Of a DNA stretch of 64,000 nt, positions 60,558-64,000 are shown one piece after another; within the stretch, counting starts at the first letter, position 1; each line of letters begins with the position of its first letter. The stretch covers positions 186,001 through 250,000 of the forward strand of contig JAPDFW010000073.1 in assembly GCA_028826165.1 (NCBI GenBank). The letters run 5' to 3'. The DNA is from Anaeramoeba ignava BMAN. Lineage: Eukaryota; Protista; Anaeramoebae. The notes under the pieces were generated by a model, which saw nothing but the letters and a program-made list of their open reading frames with translations, searched no databases and was not told where the DNA came from. The position numbers and the translations under genes were made by a program.

Positions 60558-63500
60558 TCAAATACAAATATGAACTAATCCATCATCACAACCCAATAAT
60601 AATAATTTATGCAAATCTAAAACATTCACAGTTCTTAAAGTGGAAGATTTTTCTAATTGAATCAAACGAGTATCCAAAACTTCATTCATTTTGATTCTTT
60701 TCGAATCCAAATTTGTATCTAATAAATAATGACCAAAAACAGAAAATAAATGGTCTTCCACAATTGAAAAACAGGTGCTATTATCAAAAATTTTCATAAT
60801 AGACATTAAAAAAGGTTCTCTATAATAATAGTTGAAAAAATTTGTTGAGGAATGAACATTCCAAATGTTGATTTTCTTGTCATTTGCCGAAGAAATCAAA
60901 TATTCATCATGAAATTTCAATTGAGAAATAATTGAATCATGAGCTTTCCAAGAATTTAAAATCACGCCCGTTCTCATATCAAGCATATCGATATCGCCAT
61001 TAAGCAAACCGACTCCTATAAGATTTCGAGATTCATCAACATCGATTGATCTTATTAAACCGGAGCATGGATTCGACAATTTCCATGAGCATTCAAATTT
61101 CTTCGATCGAGGATCGATAATTTGAATTGATGAAGTATTTGTCTCTGCAATAATAGTTTTCTCCATTGGAGAGTAAGCAAATGTCAGTATTTTAAATGGG
61201 GAAGTAGTATTTTCTGTGCCGAATTTATGCAAGCATTTCTGTGTCTCGATATCCCATAAATGAACGCATTCACCCAAAGAGACAATTTTATTTCCATAAT
61301 TAAGAAATGAGACTTTTAACACAGACTGCTTATGTTCTTCATAAACACATGCCAGAGATGATTTGTTGATTCTGAGTATTTTTACACTTCCATCTCGACT
61401 TGCTGTTGCGATGTAATTTTGTTTTGAGTTTATATCAAGATCGTAAATTGTTGAATTGTGCATTTGATGAGATTGCACAATTTTGCCAAGAAAATTCAAT
61501 CCTCGGGTTTCTGTGTTGTAATATCCTTCAATCAAAAGTCGTGAAAGCCAATCGTATGCGTTCAACTTTTGTCCTACTTCATCAAAATCGAGTTTGTCGA
61601 TCAAAGTAAATTCGGAGATTTTGGATTGATCAAAATCAAGTAGTTGATCATTTTTATTATTATTTAGAGGCACTTTTTTAGCTTCGATATTAATAAGACT
61701 ATTCTTGATCAGTTTCCGTGAATTGATATTAAAGTTGTCGATGTAATTGTTCTGATAATTTCCACCAAATATCATTGATTTATTAGCAAAAATTTCTGTA
61801 TTTTTTAATTTGGAATTTTTTTCTTCAATTTGATTTTCCAATGTTTGCTGAACAAAATCATGGAAAAATTCGTTTTGATCAAGGAAAGAGTAAAGAAAAG
61901 AAAAGTGCGGAATTGAATGGATCATTTTCAAGTCAATGAAGAGACTCAAATGGGAAAGAATCATAAATGCAATTTCATGAGTGTATTGGTTTTTGTATTC
62001 TTGCAAATGCTCCGAAATATTGAAATCATGAAGATTAGTTGAGAACGAGATGCTGTGTTTGATGCCCAAGTCGTTATCCTTATTGTCAATCTCGATAACA
62101 TTCTCATTATTTTCTTGTTGATTTTCCCAAACCTGTTTGAATATATCAAGTAAATTTCCAATATGATCAAATATATAATATATTGTTGCTTCCTGCTCAA
62201 TTTTCACAGCGATTGCCAGTATTTGTGTTACCCATAACTTGACTGTGTTTTTGTTTGTGAATAAAATGGGCTTTTGAAATAATTCAAATATTGGATCAAA
62301 TTGTTTCTTTTTGAATTGATAAATGAAAAATTCTCTATTCAATTCCGAAATCAATCCATGCAACAATTCAAGCGAGTTTTCCAAAAGAATTTCTCCGCTT
62401 CTTAAATGCAGTTTGTTGTTTTGCGAGAGCAATTCCATCAATCTACCAACAACAACTTGCGAAATGTATTCTTTTTTCTTCTCTTGTTCATCCTTGGGTT
62501 TCATTTTAATTGAAACCAAATCAATAAGAAATTCAACTACAATTTTGCAGTTTTGTTTGTATAAAATTTTCAGTAGCGGATTGATCGCATATTTGAAACA
62601 AAGAGCATCGCTCATTATTTTGAAAACAGACAACAAACTTTCGCTCGCAATTTTCTCAATTGATTGGTCTTCTGATCGCAAAGTTTCAATTGCAAAAGGG
62701 ATGATTTCCTCAAGAAAACATTTCATACCAAATCTTGATTTCACTAATTTTAAGAATTTTGGATCAAGTAAATCTTGTGATAATTCTTTGCATCCTGAAA
62801 TTTGGAACAGTTTCTTCAACGGAACAATCAAATCTGTTATGGATTGGTTGTCTTCGATTTTTTTCAAAATTTGGAAAAATAAAGGGACTGATTTTTTTTG
62901 TGTTTGTGGATTGTCAAAAAATTGTGTCAAAACAGGTAATATCATCCATGTTGCTTCTTTTCGTAACTTGAAAATTTCGTTTGAATTCGAAAGTGTGAAA
63001 TTGAACTTATCAAGTGGCGTTTTCAAAGAATGGAATTTTGAGAGAAAATCATATAATGGTTCAAAATAATCAGGAAACACATTTGATTGTAAAATTTCAT
63101 CAGCTGTCAATTCTCTTCTTTTACTGGAAATTAAAATATTTGTGATCATTTGTTTGATTTCATTTGGAATTTTTTTGAATTGGTGATCCGTAATTCTGCC
63201 TATTTTTTGGAACTTTTGTATTTGAGAAAATGTTAAAAAGGGTCTGTTTGTGAATAATTCAAGAGAAATACAACCGATAGAAAACAAATCTTGATATTTA
63301 TTTTCATTTTCATTTTGATTTTCATTTTCATAAAAAATATTATTATAAACAACCATATTATCTGAAAATGTTGGTTGAAGAAAAGAACTAAACTCATTTC
63401 TTGCCAATTCAATAAAATTTTGATTTGAGATTTGTTGTTTTTGAAAAGATACAATTTGTGCATATTTTTTTAGTTCTGCGTTATTATTGTTATTATTGTT

Positions 63501-64000
63501 ATTATTGTTGTTATTTTCGGAAAAATATTTATAATATTCATCTTCATCATCTTCATCTTCATGAATTCTAAAAATTCCTCGAATTGGATGAGGACTTGTA
63601 AATAATTGAACAAATCCATGTGTTGCGAAATTTGGAAAGGATAATTCAGCAATATTTTTTGCTTCAAATCCAGCCATTCCTGAAAGTTTGTATCCAAACA
63701 TGATATCAATCCAATTATGTAAATTATCAGAAATAAACTCGCTCTCAAGAACTTCCATGCTTATATGAATAAGTTCTTGATAGGAAGAGCACCAAGATGG
63801 CAATTCAATGTTGGGCATGTCTTCATGAATTGATTGAAATATTGATGAATCTGTAAAAAATTCTGGGATTGATTCATCGGGTGTCCAATGATACAATCTC
63901 TCCATTGAAACTGGGAATTCTCTGGGATCGTAATTAGAACGAACAAATTTCTTCAGAATATCAATCGGGGTTTGTCGCGCTTTATATACAAAAAATGATA
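60558..64000 (-). CDS. WDR81: WDR81-like BEACH / kinase-like / HEAT / WD40 protein, 5' part outside the window
   Basis: The frame upstream of the listed ORF reads VYKARQTPIDILKKFVRSNYDPREFPVSMERLYHWTPDESIPEFFTD; LESEFISDNLHNWIDIMFGYKLSG; QLFTSPHP; DLFSIGC; C-terminal WD40 repeats. Confidence 0.88.
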   Translation of the reverse strand, partial: SFFVYKARQTPIDILKKFVRSNYDPREFPVSMERLYHWTPDESIPEFFTDSSIFQSIHEDMPNIELPSWCSSYQELIHISMEVLESEFISDNLHNWIDIMFGYKLSGMAGFEAKNIAELSFPNFATHGFVQLFTSPHPIRGIFRIHEDEDDEDEYYKYFSENNNNNNNNNNNNAELKKYAQIVSFQKQQISNQNFIELARNEFSSFLQPTFSDNMVVYNNIFYENENQNENENKYQDLFSIGCISLELFTNRPFLTFSQIQKFQKIGRITDHQFKKIPNEIKQMITNILISSKRRELTADEILQSNVFPDYFEPLYDFLSKFHSLKTPLDKFNFTLSNSNEIFKLRKEATWMILPVLTQFFDNPQTQKKSVPLFFQILKKIEDNQSITDLIVPLKKLFQISGCKELSQDLLDPKFLKLVKSRFGMKCFLEEIIPFAIETLRSEDQSIEKIASESLLSVFKIMSDALCFKYAINPLLKILYKQNCKIVVEFLIDLVSIKMKPKDEQEKKKEYISQVVVGRLMELLSQNNKLHLRSGEILLENSLELLHGLISELNREFFIYQFKKKQFDPIFELFQKPILFTNKNTVKLWVTQILAIAVKIEQEATIYYIFDHIGNLLDIFKQVWENQQENNENVIEIDNKDNDLGIKHSISFSTNLHDFNISEHLQEYKNQYTHEIAFMILSHLSLFIDLKMIHSIPHFSFLYSFLDQNEFFHDFVQQTLENQIEEKNSKLKNTEIFANKSMIFGGNYQNNYIDNFNINSRKLIKNSLINIEAKKVPLNNNKNDQLLDFDQSKISEFTLIDKLDFDEVGQKLNAYDWLSRLLIEGYYNTETRGLNFLGKIVQSHQMHNSTIYDLDINSKQNYIATASRDGSVKILRINKSSLACVYEEHKQSVLKVSFLNYGNKIVSLGECVHLWDIETQKCLHKFGTENTTSPFKILTFAYSPMEKTIIAETNTSSIQIIDPRSKKFECSWKLSNPCSGLIRSIDVDESRNLIGVGLLNGDIDMLDMRTGVILNSWKAHDSIISQLKFHDEYLISSANDKKINIWNVHSSTNFFNYYYREPFLMSIMKIFDNSTCFSIVEDHLFSVFGHYLLDTNLDSKRIKMNEVLDTRLIQLEKSSTLRTVNVLDLHKLLLLGCDDGLVHICI

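Noticed and set aside
1-64000. Non-standard genetic code, tRNA/rRNA genes, transposases or telomeric repeats
   Set aside because: Premature stops resolve as GT-AG introns or two single-base breaks under the standard code; no such RNA genes or elements recognised

Overview
Very AT-rich eukaryotic (protist) genomic DNA with GT-AG spliceosomal introns, many inflated to 0.4-2.7 kb by short-unit tandem repeats. The style (NQ tracts, AAAATT/AAAATC repeats, prokaryote-type enzyme, myristoylated PAS protein) suggests an anaerobic amoeboid metamonad such as Anaeramoeba; this is inference only. I rebuilt about 17 gene models by hand: Ras, G-alpha, SPFH/stomatin-like, Vps33, SAP/F-box/XPA-like fusion, a multidomain RasGEF, a single-pass receptor RasGAP, ARH1-type ADP-ribosylhydrolase, a GPI-type LamG/Ig-like surface protein, START, VIT-vWA, BTB-ARM, a fused hydantoinase/oxoprolinase, myristoylated PAS, a Survivin/Bir1-like helix-only protein, WDR81-like BEACH-WD40 (5' truncated) and one hypothetical ORF. 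The best candidate for a new system is a plexin-analogous receptor (signal peptide, LamG/Ig-like ectodomain, TM helix, NF1-type RasGAP). It lies near a GPI-anchored paralog of its own ectodomain, head-to-head with a RasGEF, and in the same 37 kb as Ras and a G-alpha carrying a natural RGS-insensitive-type Gly->Ser. All domain calls are by motif recognition, not database search.
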